Assembly (NCBI GenBank): GCA_049970055.1
Contig: JBMFNR010000001.1
Span: 96,001-160,000 of the forward strand
Origin: Fervidobacterium sp.
Lineage (GTDB): Bacteria > Thermotogota > Thermotogae > Thermotogales > Fervidobacteriaceae
DNA: 64,000 bases
Reading direction: 5' to 3'
Under the pieces are notes generated by a model. The model was not told the origin of the DNA. It searched no databases and saw nothing but the letters and a program-made list of their open reading frames with translations. Position 1 is the first letter of the stretch; the number at the start of each line of letters is the position of its first letter. The position numbers were made by a program, and so were the translations under genes. Below are positions 9,737 through 20,814 of this stretch, one piece after another.

Positions 9737-10627
9737 ATGGGCCGTTTGGTTTACGGAACAGCTTACAATGGAGTGATAAGGTTTTCGGTAATTGATTCAA
9801 CGGATATAGTGGTTGAATCGAGGGAAAAGCACAATTTAAGTTATCTCCCCACAGTTGTTCTTGGAAGGTTGATAACGACTGTGGGTTTAGTTCTTCCCTG
9901 GCTTTCTGAAAAGGAGACGATAACGTTCATTATCTCTGGTGATGGACCTGTTGAAAGTGTTGTAAGCCAAGGTTCAATCCGAGGTACAACCCTAGGTACA
10001 GTTAGAGGATATGTAAGCAACAAAAATTTTGAGCTTGAACCAAATGAGTATCATAAGTTTGATGTAAAGAAGGCTATAGGGGAAGGTGATTTAACAGTTG
10101 TCAGAGATGTCGGATTGAGAACTCCATACACTTCTAAAGTACCTTTAGTATCAGGTGAAATAGCGGAAGATATTGCTTATTATTATACAAAATCTGAGCA
10201 AATTCCTTCAGCCTTTGCACTTGGTGTTCTTATGGACCAAAATGGTGTTATTTCAGCGGGAGGCCTTTCAGTGCAAGTGTTAGATCGGAATATCGATCCT
10301 GTGGTTATAGCAAAACTCGAGGAAAACCTGAGAGATTTATCTGTTTCGTCTTTGTTCACGCACATGAGATTAGAGGAAATAGCCTCATATGTACTTAGCA
10401 CAGATAACATGATATACGAAGAAATGGATGTAATTTTTAAATGCAATTGTAATAATGAAAAAGCTGCAGAATCTTTAAGTGTTTTGGATTTGTCAGAGCT
10501 TTACCAACTATATGAAGAAGGCAAAGCTGAAGTGACTTGTAAATGGTGCAATACCCTGTATGTATTTGAAAAGACTGATATATTAAAAGTTATAGAAAAC
10601 AAAAAAAGAAAAGTTCAGGAAGAATAG
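9737..10627 (+). CDS. hslO: Hsp33 redox-regulated chaperone
   Basis: LGRL, GDGP, GTVRGY, SGEIAEDIAYYY..SEQIPS and C-terminal CxC...CxxC (CNC...CKWC); SD AGGAGG. Confidence 0.95.
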   Translation: MGRLVYGTAYNGVIRFSVIDSTDIVVESREKHNLSYLPTVVLGRLITTVGLVLPWLSEKETITFIISGDGPVESVVSQGSIRGTTLGTVRGYVSNKNFELEPNEYHKFDVKKAIGEGDLTVVRDVGLRTPYTSKVPLVSGEIAEDIAYYYTKSEQIPSAFALGVLMDQNGVISAGGLSVQVLDRNIDPVVIAKLEENLRDLSVSSLFTHMRLEEIASYVLSTDNMIYEEMDVIFKCNCNNEKAAESLSVLDLSELYQLYEEGKAEVTCKWCNTLYVFEKTDILKVIENKKRKVQEE

Positions 10628-12420
10628 GATTTTAGAATTTCTTCGATTATTTGTTTTGCGCTCTTTTCGTCTCCTTGGAGATAATTTTTCATAACTTCGA
10701 GAATCCTTCTTTCGAATTCTTCCAATGTTAGTTTTGTCGAAAAATTGTATTCAACGCGAAAAATCTTTTCATGCATTGTTTTCGTTGGCTTTTCGAATTC
10801 ATAAAATAGTTCCTCTTCAAGTTTTTCACCAGGTAGAGCACCGGTGTACTTTATTTCGATGTCAGATTTGCCCAATAACTTTGCGAGTGCTTTGGCAACG
10901 TATTCTACGGAAATTTGTTCGCCCATGTCAAGCACATATAACTCTCTATTTTTTGAAAATGCACCCGCTTGTATCACAAGTGATACTGCCTCAGGAATGC
11001 TCATCCAGTACCTTTTCATCCGTGGGTCTGTTATCGTAACAGGTTCACCGGTTTCTATTTGTTTTTTGAATTTCCAAAGTACACTTCCCCTACTCCCTAT
11101 TACGTTTCCAAAACGTACTATAGAGAAGAATGTCTGGCATTCTTCCGGTATTGACAGAAGGTATAGTTCTGCTAGTCTTTTACTTAACCCCATATAGGAC
11201 GTTGGATGGACAGCCTTATCTGTTGATATGAATACAAACCTTTCAACCCCGTATGTGCACGATAGTTTTGCGAGCTTAATTGTGCCAAGAACGTTGACAC
11301 GTAGAGCTTCATAAAGGTTTGTCTGCATGAAAAACACATGCTTGTGAGCGGCTGCATGAAAAATGAGCTCTGGTTTGTACTGAGAAAAGATCTTTTCCAT
11401 TAAATTTTCATCGGTTATGTCGGCAATTACAGGAGAAACATCTAAATTAGGATAGTTTTCCTTCAATTCGTTGTATATCTCATATATGCTATTTTCTCCT
11501 CTTCCAAGGAGTATGATTTTCTTTGGTGAGAACTTACAAATTTGCCTTGAGATTTCCGAACCAATACTACCACCCGCACCTGTGATCAGTACTGATTTGT
11601 TGTTAAGATAGAAACTGATAGATGATAAGTCCACACTCACAGGTTCTCTTCCAATAATGTCTTGTATCGATATTTCTCTCAAATCCTTAATTGTTGGCTC
11701 GCGGTTCAAAAGCTGGGTTATCGATGGAAACGTTTTTAATTTTATGTGAGAAGAATCTATCAGAGAAAAGATTTTGCTTATCAGTTGCTTCGATGCGGAT
11801 GGTATAGCGATTATAATTTCATCGAGTTCTAGTTTGTCGATATGTTTATTTATATTTTCAATGGAATCCAGTACCTTTACACCAGCAACATACCTTCCTA
11901 TTTTTTCCTTGTCATCGTCAAAGAAAGCAACGATATTGCCATAATTGGTCCTTCTTATCTCATTTGAAAGTATTGATCCCGCATCACCGGCGCCAATGAT
12001 CGCTATCCTTTTTTCGCCCTTTTTTTTATAATTTATGAAAAATTGGTACATTACTCTTGCGCTCACCAGAAGAAAATAACTTCCAAGGAATGTAAGCATA
12101 CCGACCGAACGTGGGAGTACTCCGATCCGTGAGAAATGAAGGAAAATCAATGCGAAAGCGTAACCAAAAAACAATCCTCTGAGAAGAGTAATTGTCTCCT
12201 TAGGTGTTGCATACCTCCAAACGATTTTGTAAGTACCATTTAGTATATTTGCGAATGTTGTGAATAAGATCAAGACGATGACACCAAAGAAATATTTGCG
12301 CATGTCCGAAAATGCGAAACCAAATCTCACAAAGAGAGCATTTAAACCTGCTAAAATTAAGAGCGCGGTGTCTATCAAAAATAACCAAAGATTTCGTTTA
12401 GAAAAGACAAATATCTTCAA
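10615..12420 (-). CDS. Membrane-bound NDP-sugar 4,6-dehydratase, CapD/PglF/WbpM family
   Basis: Four N-terminal TMs; GAGDAG, TGAGGSIGSE, HAAAHKHV, ISTDKAV and RFGNVIGSRGSV motifs. Confidence 0.92.
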   Translation of the reverse strand: MKIFVFSKRNLWLFLIDTALLILAGLNALFVRFGFAFSDMRKYFFGVIVLILFTTFANILNGTYKIVWRYATPKETITLLRGLFFGYAFALIFLHFSRIGVLPRSVGMLTFLGSYFLLVSARVMYQFFINYKKKGEKRIAIIGAGDAGSILSNEIRRTNYGNIVAFFDDDKEKIGRYVAGVKVLDSIENINKHIDKLELDEIIIAIPSASKQLISKIFSLIDSSHIKLKTFPSITQLLNREPTIKDLREISIQDIIGREPVSVDLSSISFYLNNKSVLITGAGGSIGSEISRQICKFSPKKIILLGRGENSIYEIYNELKENYPNLDVSPVIADITDENLMEKIFSQYKPELIFHAAAHKHVFFMQTNLYEALRVNVLGTIKLAKLSCTYGVERFVFISTDKAVHPTSYMGLSKRLAELYLLSIPEECQTFFSIVRFGNVIGSRGSVLWKFKKQIETGEPVTITDPRMKRYWMSIPEAVSLVIQAGAFSKNRELYVLDMGEQISVEYVAKALAKLLGKSDIEIKYTGALPGEKLEEELFYEFEKPTKTMHEKIFRVEYNFSTKLTLEEFERRILEVMKNYLQGDEKSAKQIIEEILKSYSS

Positions 12421-13688
12421 ATCTCCGGCACACCTCCGGGTACATAGTTTATTGTAGCTTGTAAGTTAGAAAACTTTTCTATAACTTTTTCATAACCTCT
12501 GAATATATGCTCAACTTGCGTAACTTCTGTTTTATCCTCCGCGGCCAAACCAGCAATTACAAGTGCGGCAGTTGCTCTTAAATCCGTCCCCATCACAGAT
12601 GTTCCATAAAGTTTTTCAACACCGTTTATAAGCACCATGTTTTCGATAATACGCATATCTGCGCCCATCCTAACAAGCTCTGCTACATGTGCAAAACGAG
12701 TTTTAAAAACATTCTCTGTTACTGTGCTTGAACCGTTTGCTAAGGACAGGTAAACGATCATCTGTGGTTGCAAATCGGTTGGAAAACCTGGGTACGGGAG
12801 TACATTTATATCCCACCCTTTCCACTTATCTGGTGCTTTTACATAAACCTCGTTTTGACCTTTTTTTACAATCGCTCCCGTTTTTTCTAATGCAAACCAT
12901 AAAGCATCTAAATGTTCGGGGATGATATTTTTTACAAGACCTTCGCCCCCTGTTGTTAGTATTGCAAGTACGTAAGTTCCCGCTTCGATTCTATCAGGAA
13001 TTACTGTATGTTCACATCCGTGTAATTCAGGTACACCTTCGATGACAATTTTACTTGTCCCTGCGCCAGAGATCCTTGCCCCCATTTTATTTAATAAGTT
13101 CTGTAAATCTACAATTTCAGGCTCCATAGCGGCATTCTCTATTATTGTTTTACCAGGCATTATAGCTGCAGCGCTCATAACATGTTCTGTTGCACCTACG
13201 CTGGGAAACGGGAGATAAACGACCGTTTCGTCTTCCTTCAATCCCTTTTTGGCAACGATTTCACCATGATCAAAACTGATTTGAAAACCTAGTTTTTTCA
13301 ATCCCTCTATGTGGAAATCTACAGGTCTTGCACCTATCGCACACCCACCTGGTAATGGCGTGCTTGCCTCTCCCATCAATGCAGCTATCGGCCCAAGAAC
13401 GTTAAATGATGCGCGCATTTTTCTCACGAGATCGTAAGGTACGTGAGTTAAAAGAATCTTTCCAGAAACCTTTACGATTCCGTGGTCTTTATAAAAGACA
13501 ACACTTTTCCCTGTCGTCCTCAGTATATCTATCATTGTTTCTATATCGGAAAGTACTGGCACTTTGTGAAGCACAACTTCCTCTTCCGTCAAGAGAGTTG
13601 CTGCAAGAAGTGGAAGTGCAGAGTTTTTTGCACCGGATATCTCTACTTCTCCGAAAAGTCTACTTCTTTCAACTACTATCGAACCCAT
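12417..13688 (-). CDS. murA: UDP-N-acetylglucosamine 1-carboxyvinyltransferase
   Basis: GAKNS, MRAS, LPGGCAIGARP, PDRIEAGT, PGFPTDLQ and DLRA motifs; start ATG 13688 after SD AAGGGTG. Confidence 0.97.
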   Translation of the reverse strand: MGSIVVERSRLFGEVEISGAKNSALPLLAATLLTEEEVVLHKVPVLSDIETMIDILRTTGKSVVFYKDHGIVKVSGKILLTHVPYDLVRKMRASFNVLGPIAALMGEASTPLPGGCAIGARPVDFHIEGLKKLGFQISFDHGEIVAKKGLKEDETVVYLPFPSVGATEHVMSAAAIMPGKTIIENAAMEPEIVDLQNLLNKMGARISGAGTSKIVIEGVPELHGCEHTVIPDRIEAGTYVLAILTTGGEGLVKNIIPEHLDALWFALEKTGAIVKKGQNEVYVKAPDKWKGWDINVLPYPGFPTDLQPQMIVYLSLANGSSTVTENVFKTRFAHVAELVRMGADMRIIENMVLINGVEKLYGTSVMGTDLRATAALVIAGLAAEDKTEVTQVEHIFRGYEKVIEKFSNLQATINYVPGGVPEI

Positions 13689-13728
13689 CTGCACCCTTCT
13701 TTCTATTAATGTTGTAATAATCTAAATT

Positions 13729-14310
13729 TTATTGGACTAATTTGAATAGTTCCTCTATATTTTTTGAATCGTCTGGATAATTTGAGATCTTTACTGTTGC
13801 AGGTATGTTGTGTAATGCAAGAGCATTTTCTATCCTTTCTTTCACTCTTGCACTGTTTTCTTTTGTGACTTCCGTTAGAAGTATGATGAATTGGTTTTCT
13901 GAACTTCTTCCAACACTATCAAGAGGCACTCTTACGAGTTCTTTTAATAACTTACCTGTGCTCAGAAGGTTTTGTTCTTTTTCAATTTGATCCATATTGT
14001 CAAAATTATCTATTGTGACTGTTATGAGTGCGTATCCAAAGTTTTCTTCAAACGCCTTTTGATGGTAGTACGAGATGAGTTTCATTATGTGCTCTTTCGA
14101 GTACACCCTCGTCAATGGATCTATCATTCTTTTCGTTCCAACATCTTTGATGAAGTCATCGAACACTTCAAATTGTTTTTTCATAATCGCAGAATATTCA
14201 CCAAGTAGTAATTCCAGTTCCGTTTCGCGTATCCTAAGTCTTGCAACCTCATCTTCTAATTCCCTGATTCTTTTCACTAATTCTTCTCTTGGAATGTTTT
14301 CGTATTCCAT
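13729..14310 (-). CDS. Coiled-coil plus degenerate GGDEF-domain protein
   Basis: N-terminal coiled coil, DPLT motif, IDNF; the signature motif is replaced by RSSENQF. Confidence 0.8.
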   Translation of the reverse strand: MEYENIPREELVKRIRELEDEVARLRIRETELELLLGEYSAIMKKQFEVFDDFIKDVGTKRMIDPLTRVYSKEHIMKLISYYHQKAFEENFGYALITVTIDNFDNMDQIEKEQNLLSTGKLLKELVRVPLDSVGRSSENQFIILLTEVTKENSARVKERIENALALHNIPATVKISNYPDDSKNIEELFKLVQ

Positions 14311-14313
14311 ACC

Positions 14314-15030
14314 TTAATTCCCCCCGTTTTCTTTGTTATTCAACGTGGTTGTATTGTAATCTTCTAAGAGTATCACGTATCTTGGAATTTTTGGTACCTT
14401 GATTTTTAATAATCCATTCTTATACTCACCTACTGATATACCCGACTCTTTTAATAATTTTCCGTATGGCATATGTTCAGACATGTAAACTTTACCGCTC
14501 AATTTACTGGTATCAATGTTTGGATCTGGAATTTCTATTTTATAATTTCGGTAGTACCCAACAATTTTCATATTATTGTTCGGGTTTCTGTTTACTGTGT
14601 CGGTTGCATTTATTACGTTTAGTGTTTCTGTTGGATTTTGGGTTGATTCTATGGTTACCGGAAATTCGGTTTCCCACCATTTGATGACATATCCTACACT
14701 TCCTGTTTTTTGAACAAAACCTATCAATTCGCCATTTTGAGCGTCCAGCACTATACCTTTTTTTCTAAGATTTCGCACGTATATGCCAGCTAAGTCTTCA
14801 CTTAAAACCTCAAGTGTATCCGAGGACGTTTGTCCAAATCGCACTACGGTAAGAATAATCTGCTGCTTCTCGAAAAGTTTCTCGACACTTCGTCTCATTT
14901 GGTAAATTGGGAGCGATATGTTCGATAGTATCGCATGTAGTGCATTTGAAATTGAATTTTTTGTAAACACATCTGTGAAAAGTATAGATAATAATACAAG
15001 TAAAACAAGAACTAAGTAATTTGTCTTCAT
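14314..15030 (-). CDS. Single-TM extracytoplasmic protein, probable divergent MreC
   Basis: N-terminal TM, helix, then beta-rich region (GELIGFV); 4-nt overlap with mreB. Confidence 0.5.
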   Translation of the reverse strand: MKTNYLVLVLLVLLSILFTDVFTKNSISNALHAILSNISLPIYQMRRSVEKLFEKQQIILTVVRFGQTSSDTLEVLSEDLAGIYVRNLRKKGIVLDAQNGELIGFVQKTGSVGYVIKWWETEFPVTIESTQNPTETLNVINATDTVNRNPNNNMKIVGYYRNYKIEIPDPNIDTSKLSGKVYMSEHMPYGKLLKESGISVGEYKNGLLKIKVPKIPRYVILLEDYNTTTLNNKENGGN

Positions 15031-16040
15031 TCTACACTTTTCAACCTCGCTAAGATATCCATTTTATCAAGTACCATTCCGGCACCTCTTGCAACACAAC
15101 TCATCGGATCTTCCGCTCGCACTACCTTTATGCCAGTTTCTTTTTCGAGTAATTCACAAATACCTCTGAGTAATGAACCGCCACCTGCAATTACAATACC
15201 TCTCTCGGTTATATCTGCTACCAACTCTGGTGGTGTTTTCTCAAGTGTTGCTTTTGCAGTTTCAACTATCTGCATGGCTGTAGGTTTTATCGCTTCGCGT
15301 ATCTCTCCACCTGTTAGTACAAGCTTTTTTGGTAATCCTGTTGATAATTCTATACCTACGATCTCTGTTTGAAGTTCATCGAATTCTTTCAGTGGAAATA
15401 CATTACCAATCTCAATTTTCACTCTTTCGGCAGTTCTCACACCAATTGTGACCCTGTAAACTTCTCTGACGTACTGTATTATTGCTTCATCAAATTCGTC
15501 ACCAGCTATTCTTGAAGAAGTTGCTGTCACTATTGACCCAAGTGAAATTACTGCGGCTTCGGTTGTACCACCACCAATGTCTATAATCATATTTCCTTGA
15601 GGTTCTTCCACTGGCAATCCTGCTCCTATCGCTGTTGCCATTGGTTCTTCAATCAAGAATACTTTTTTTGCACCTGCTTCTTTTCCAGCTGTTAGTAGTG
15701 CCCTACTTTCAACTTCGGTAACACCGTATGGTACACCTATAACCACGCGTGGCCTGAAGAAAGAGAACTTTTCCTGTGCCTTGCCAATAAAATATGTAAG
15801 CATCGCTAGAGCTACATCGTAATCGGCAATCACACCATCCTTAAGAGGTCTAATGGCTTGTATGTAAGATGGCGTTTTCCCAATCATTTTTTTAGCTTCA
15901 ACGCCAACTTTTATTATTTCACCTGTGTCAACGTTTATTGATATAACGGAAGGTTCATTTAGAACTATTCCCTTTCCTCTAACGTAAACGAGTGTGTTGG
16001 CTGTACCAAGGTCTATACCAAGATCGGACCTTCCAAACAT
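15027..16040 (-). CDS. mreB: Rod shape-determining protein MreB
   Basis: [34 protein letters not shown] and AGGGSLL motifs. Confidence 0.97.
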   Translation of the reverse strand: MFGRSDLGIDLGTANTLVYVRGKGIVLNEPSVISINVDTGEIIKVGVEAKKMIGKTPSYIQAIRPLKDGVIADYDVALAMLTYFIGKAQEKFSFFRPRVVIGVPYGVTEVESRALLTAGKEAGAKKVFLIEEPMATAIGAGLPVEEPQGNMIIDIGGGTTEAAVISLGSIVTATSSRIAGDEFDEAIIQYVREVYRVTIGVRTAERVKIEIGNVFPLKEFDELQTEIVGIELSTGLPKKLVLTGGEIREAIKPTAMQIVETAKATLEKTPPELVADITERGIVIAGGGSLLRGICELLEKETGIKVVRAEDPMSCVARGAGMVLDKMDILARLKSVE

Positions 16041-16042
16041 TA

Positions 16043-18643
16043 CTACACTTCCTTTCTAATAATTTTCTCGAATGTTTCTATAGCCTCATCTATCTTGTCA
16101 AATAACTTTCCACCAGCTTGTGCAAAAGTTGGATTGCCACCTCCACCTCCACCAAGCACCTTCGATACGTTTTTAGCAATGTTACCAGCGTGGTAAGATG
16201 ATGTTAGTTCCTTTGGTACTTTGACACTCACAATTATTTTACCATCTACTTTTGAGATAAGTAGTACTATTCCTTTTATTTTATCTGATATGTCATCGAC
16301 CAATTCTTTGATAATATCTGCTTCGACACCTTCGAGGACGGCTGAAACGTACCTTACGTTTTCGAAAAGTTTTGCAGACCTTGAAATTTCTTCAGGGTTT
16401 ATAAGTTTTCTTTTCGCTTCCAATAGTTGTTTTTCTATATTTTTCTTTTCTTCGATGAGTTTTTGAACTTTTGTAATAATCTCTGATTTTGGTACTTCCA
16501 ATATTTGCTTTAGATTGTCCAAAATTTCTTCGCTTTCTCTAAGGTAACCAAGCGAGTTCAAACCTGTTATAGCTTCTACCCTTCTTACACCAGCACTAAC
16601 GGCACTTTCGGAAATTATCTTGAATAATCCAATTTCACCAGTATTTTTAACATGTGTTCCACCGCACAGTTCTTCACTGAAATCAGATACTTTCACAATT
16701 CTTACAAAATCACCATACTTTTCTTCGAATAAAGCCATAGCACCTTCTTTTACAGCTTCGTCATAACTTTTAACTTCCGTTACTACTGGAATTGCTTGGA
16801 TAATCACATTATTTACCATGTTTTCGATCTCTTTAATCTCCTCTTTTGTAAGTGCTTGGTAGTGTGTGAAATCGAATCTCAATCTTTCTGGCTCGACTAA
16901 CGAACCGGCTTGTCTTACGTGTGTACCAAGTAATTTCCTTAGTGCAGCATGTAAAAGGTGTGTTGCTGTATGGTTCCTCATAGTTGATTTTCTCTTCATT
17001 TCGTCAACTTGCGCGTGTACTTTTTCGTTAATTGACATCTTACCGCTTAGTTTACCTTTGTGAACGGTGATTCCTTCAGCTGGTGAGTAAACATACTCAA
17101 CTGTAAATGTTCCGTACTTGCCTGTGACCACACCGGTATCGGCTACCTGCCCCCCTTTTTCCGCATAAAACGGTGTAATATCAATAACTAGTTCACACTC
17201 TACATTTTCTCCATTTACTTCGTTAACAAATTCATCATTTAACCTTATTTTCAAAACTGTTGCGTCGGCATCTAATGTGTCATAACCAACAAAAATGGTC
17301 TCTACATCTAAGTTTTCATAACCCGTTTTTTGGGCAAATTCGACTTCTCCTTGTGCCCTTCTTGAACGCTGTCTTTGTTCTTCAAGATATTTCTCGAAGC
17401 CCTCTTCGTCAAGTTCGTATCCGTTTTCTTGAGCTATATCTTTTAATATATCTATTGGGAAACCGTAAGTGTCGTACAACTTGAAAGCATCCTCCGCGGT
17501 AATCTTCCCCGATGTACTTATTATTTTTTGGACCATTTCGAGTCCTCTTGAAAGGTTATTTATGAATCTTAATTCTTCGTTCCTTACTATATTTTTAACG
17601 AAGTTCTTTTTCTCGACAATCTCGGGGTAGATATTTCCCATTTTTTGCACTACGCTATCGACAATTTTATGCAGGAAAGGTTCTTTCGTACCAAGTAGTA
17701 CGCCATGTCTAAGGGCTCTTCTAAGTATCCTTCTGAGTACGTACCCCCTTCCTTCATTTGACGGAAGGACCCCATCGGAAATCATGAATGTTACTGCACG
17801 TACGTGGTCAGCAATTACCCGAATTGAGATATCTTTGTTTTCATCGGATTTGTAATGAACATTTAACACATTTTCAATTTGCTCGATTATAGGTTTAAAC
17901 AGATCAGTATCGAAATTCCAATATACACCCTGCATCATTGCCGAAATTCTTTCAAGACCGGCTCCAGTATCTATGTTTTTTCTTGGAAGTGGGTGCAAAT
18001 TTCCATCCTCATCTTGGTAAAATTCTGTGAAAACAAGATTCCAAATTTCGATATACTTTCCATCTGTGTTTGCAGGTGTTGGTTCTTTACCATCTGTGGT
18101 GGGTACTTCTATACCCGTATCGTAAAATATCTCTGAACAAGGGCCGCAAGGACCTGTTGGGCCAGCGGGTCCCCAGAAGTTATCTTCTTTTCCCATCTTT
18201 ACGATTTTTCGTTCAGGAACACCTATGCTCTTCCAAATTTCAAAGGCTTCGTCATCGTATTCGTATACAGAAACCCATAATTTTTCTTCCGGCATCCGAA
18301 GAACTTGTGTTACGAACTCCCATGCCCATTCGATGGCTTCCCTTTTAAAGTAATCACCGAATGAGAAATTGCCGAGCATTTCAAAAAATGTATGATGCCT
18401 TGGTGTTCGACCAACGTTCTCTATATCGTTCGTTCTTACACATTTTTGACAGGTTGTTACCCTTGGATAGATGGGATCGACCTTACCCCAGAAGATAGGT
18501 TTGAATGGAACCATACCTGCTACCGTGAACATCAACTGTGGATCATCTGGGATCAAAGAAGCGCTTGGTAATCTTTTATGTCCTTTATGTTCAAAAAAAC
18601 TCAGGTAAGCTTCCCTAATCTCCTCACTTGACATGAATTTCAT
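16043..18643 (-). CDS. alaS: Alanine--tRNA ligase
   Basis: [43 protein letters not shown] and GGGGGG..FAQAGG motifs. Confidence 0.98.
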   Translation of the reverse strand: MKFMSSEEIREAYLSFFEHKGHKRLPSASLIPDDPQLMFTVAGMVPFKPIFWGKVDPIYPRVTTCQKCVRTNDIENVGRTPRHHTFFEMLGNFSFGDYFKREAIEWAWEFVTQVLRMPEEKLWVSVYEYDDEAFEIWKSIGVPERKIVKMGKEDNFWGPAGPTGPCGPCSEIFYDTGIEVPTTDGKEPTPANTDGKYIEIWNLVFTEFYQDEDGNLHPLPRKNIDTGAGLERISAMMQGVYWNFDTDLFKPIIEQIENVLNVHYKSDENKDISIRVIADHVRAVTFMISDGVLPSNEGRGYVLRRILRRALRHGVLLGTKEPFLHKIVDSVVQKMGNIYPEIVEKKNFVKNIVRNEELRFINNLSRGLEMVQKIISTSGKITAEDAFKLYDTYGFPIDILKDIAQENGYELDEEGFEKYLEEQRQRSRRAQGEVEFAQKTGYENLDVETIFVGYDTLDADATVLKIRLNDEFVNEVNGENVECELVIDITPFYAEKGGQVADTGVVTGKYGTFTVEYVYSPAEGITVHKGKLSGKMSINEKVHAQVDEMKRKSTMRNHTATHLLHAALRKLLGTHVRQAGSLVEPERLRFDFTHYQALTKEEIKEIENMVNNVIIQAIPVVTEVKSYDEAVKEGAMALFEEKYGDFVRIVKVSDFSEELCGGTHVKNTGEIGLFKIISESAVSAGVRRVEAITGLNSLGYLRESEEILDNLKQILEVPKSEIITKVQKLIEEKKNIEKQLLEAKRKLINPEEISRSAKLFENVRYVSAVLEGVEADIIKELVDDISDKIKGIVLLISKVDGKIIVSVKVPKELTSSYHAGNIAKNVSKVLGGGGGGNPTFAQAGGKLFDKIDEAIETFEKIIRKEV

Positions 18644-18667
18644 CTATTGCACCTCCGAAAGGATAAT

Positions 18668-19513
18668 TTATTTAGTATAAATTACTTTCAAAATAATGTA
18701 TACGATCGGTGTTACAAACAAAAGCCCATCAATTCGGTCAAGCATCCCACCATGCCCTGGCATCAGGTTACCCATATGCTTTACATTATAGTGCCTTTTT
18801 ATTGATGATTCAAAGATGTCTCCAAATGTATCCATAACACCGGTGATTATAGCTATCAAAATTTGCAAATATAAATAAAGTTCCATTTGACTGTGAAAAA
18901 ACAGATTGGAAATTTGTTGATAAATAATTATGTACACAAACGTGCCAACGGTTCCACCAAAAAACCCTTCCCAACTTTTGTTAGGACTATAATAACTGCC
19001 GAATTTGTGTTTCCCGAATTTCATTCCAAAAGCGTAAGCGAAACTGTCGTAAGCCCAAGATAGTGTTAATGTCAACAGTGCAATGGCTGGTCCGAAAATG
19101 TCGTAAAGTGGTATGAAAAACGAAAGTAAGAAAGCGATATACAAAAGAGCTGTTGAGTAAGAAAAATAAATCTCTGTAATTATCTCTCGATCTTTTATTC
19201 GATAAAGTGCGATCACTATTCCAGTTATGTACAAAACAGCGAGAAGTTCCAGTGGAAATTTCCTAAATGCAAACCCATATAGAATAGGATATGCAGTTAC
19301 TATTGCTGTGTAAATAAACGAAAGCCACGTGCTGTGACCTTTTATTGTTGTAAAGAATAATTCTCCAGAGGTGATCATAACGATAGTTGCAACTAAACCA
19401 ACCAGACTATTGTAAGAAACAAAACAAAAAACAACAAAAGGTGCAACTATGAGTGCACTTATAACCCTTTGTATTGTTTCCCTTTTTATGTTGCTTTCAT
19501 TTTTTTCTGGCAT
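18668..19513 (-). CDS. cdsA: Phosphatidate cytidylyltransferase
   Basis: SPNKSWEG, GDIFESSIKR and PGHGGMLDRID motifs. Confidence 0.95.
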   Translation of the reverse strand: MPEKNESNIKRETIQRVISALIVAPFVVFCFVSYNSLVGLVATIVMITSGELFFTTIKGHSTWLSFIYTAIVTAYPILYGFAFRKFPLELLAVLYITGIVIALYRIKDREIITEIYFSYSTALLYIAFLLSFFIPLYDIFGPAIALLTLTLSWAYDSFAYAFGMKFGKHKFGSYYSPNKSWEGFFGGTVGTFVYIIIYQQISNLFFHSQMELYLYLQILIAIITGVMDTFGDIFESSIKRHYNVKHMGNLMPGHGGMLDRIDGLLFVTPIVYIILKVIYTK

Positions 19514-19514
19514 T

Positions 19515-20219
19515 CTACTTTAGCCCCCCAAATCGCCTATCCCTTTTCATGAACTCATCTATTGCCTTTTGAAGCTCTTCTTCTGTGAATTCAGGCCAAA
19601 GCAAACGAGACACATAAATTTCACTGTAAGCAAGTTGCCATAGTAGAAAATTACTTATCCTCATTTCACCAGATGTACGTATGACCAGATCGGGATCTGG
19701 TACGTCTGGTGCGTAAAGGTAGTTTCTAAAAGTGTTTTCGTCTATGTCATCTTCACTTACTGTTTTGTTTTTAATATCTGAGATTATCTTTTTCGTAGCA
19801 TCGATTATTTCTGACCTACCACCGTAATTGAAAGCCATTAGCACCTGTATTTTTGAATTATTTTTTGTCTTTTCTTCATAGTTATAGCATTTGTTTTTTA
19901 TTGATTCAGGGAGCTGATCAATCCGTCCGATGAATCTTAGCCGCACACCTTCTTTATCCATACGCTTGTAAAATTCGTCGATTTTATTTTCCAAAAGTCC
20001 AAATATAAAACTAACCTCTTCAACAGGTCTTTTCCAATTCTCCGTTGAAAATGCATAAAACGTTGTGTATTTCACACCACGACTTGCACACCATCTCACA
20101 ACATCTTCTATTTTGTATGCCCCTACATAATGACCATAAGTACGTGGTTTACCTTGCTTTTTTGCCCATCGCCCATTCCCATCCATTATGAATGCTATGT
20201 GTTGAGGAATATGGTTCAT
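19515..20219 (-). CDS. uppS: Undecaprenyl diphosphate synthase
   Basis: IMDGNGRWA, FSTENWKRP and RTSGEMRISNFLLWQ motifs. Confidence 0.97.
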   Translation of the reverse strand: MNHIPQHIAFIMDGNGRWAKKQGKPRTYGHYVGAYKIEDVVRWCASRGVKYTTFYAFSTENWKRPVEEVSFIFGLLENKIDEFYKRMDKEGVRLRFIGRIDQLPESIKNKCYNYEEKTKNNSKIQVLMAFNYGGRSEIIDATKKIISDIKNKTVSEDDIDENTFRNYLYAPDVPDPDLVIRTSGEMRISNFLLWQLAYSEIYVSRLLWPEFTEEELQKAIDEFMKRDRRFGGLK

Positions 20220-20773
20220 TAAAATTCCATTATCTCCTTTTCTTTCTTTTCAAACAACTTATCAAGCTCTGCAATGTATTTATCTGTTAGGTTTTGTATT
20301 TCCTTCTCGAGTCTTTTTTCATCATCTTCCGATATCTCTCCATCTCTTTTCTTATCTTTGACCTCTTTTAAGATATCTCTTCTGATGTTTCTTATCGCTA
20401 TTTTACCTTCTTCTACTATTTCTTTAGCTTTTTTGACCCATTTTTGCCTTTGCTCTGTTGTCGGTGCTGGGAAGTTAATCCTTACGACTGTACCATCGTT
20501 CACAGGTGTTAATCCAAGATCACTTGCTAATATAGCTTTCTCTATTGCATTGAGTAAATTCCTTTCCCATGGTTTAATAATGAGCTGCCTTTCTTCAGTG
20601 GTAACTTGAGCTAATTGAAGTACTGGTGTCGGTACACCATAGTAATCGACTTTTATTTCTTCAAGAACAGCGGGTGTTGCCCTTCCCGTTCTCAGGTGCT
20701 TAAGTTCTTCGGATATCTTTTCGACTGACTTTTTCATTTTATCTTCCGCGCTTTTTATAAAATTGTTTACCAT
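20219..20773 (-). CDS. frr: Ribosome recycling factor
   Basis: LRTGRA, VDYYG.PTP and IRNIRRD motifs; frr-uppS-cdsA synteny. Confidence 0.97.
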   Translation of the reverse strand: MVNNFIKSAEDKMKKSVEKISEELKHLRTGRATPAVLEEIKVDYYGVPTPVLQLAQVTTEERQLIIKPWERNLLNAIEKAILASDLGLTPVNDGTVVRINFPAPTTEQRQKWVKKAKEIVEEGKIAIRNIRRDILKEVKDKKRDGEISEDDEKRLEKEIQNLTDKYIAELDKLFEKKEKEIMEF

Positions 20774-20814
20774 ATCCTTACACCTCCGACTTCTTTCATG
20801 TTTTTTTTATGTCT

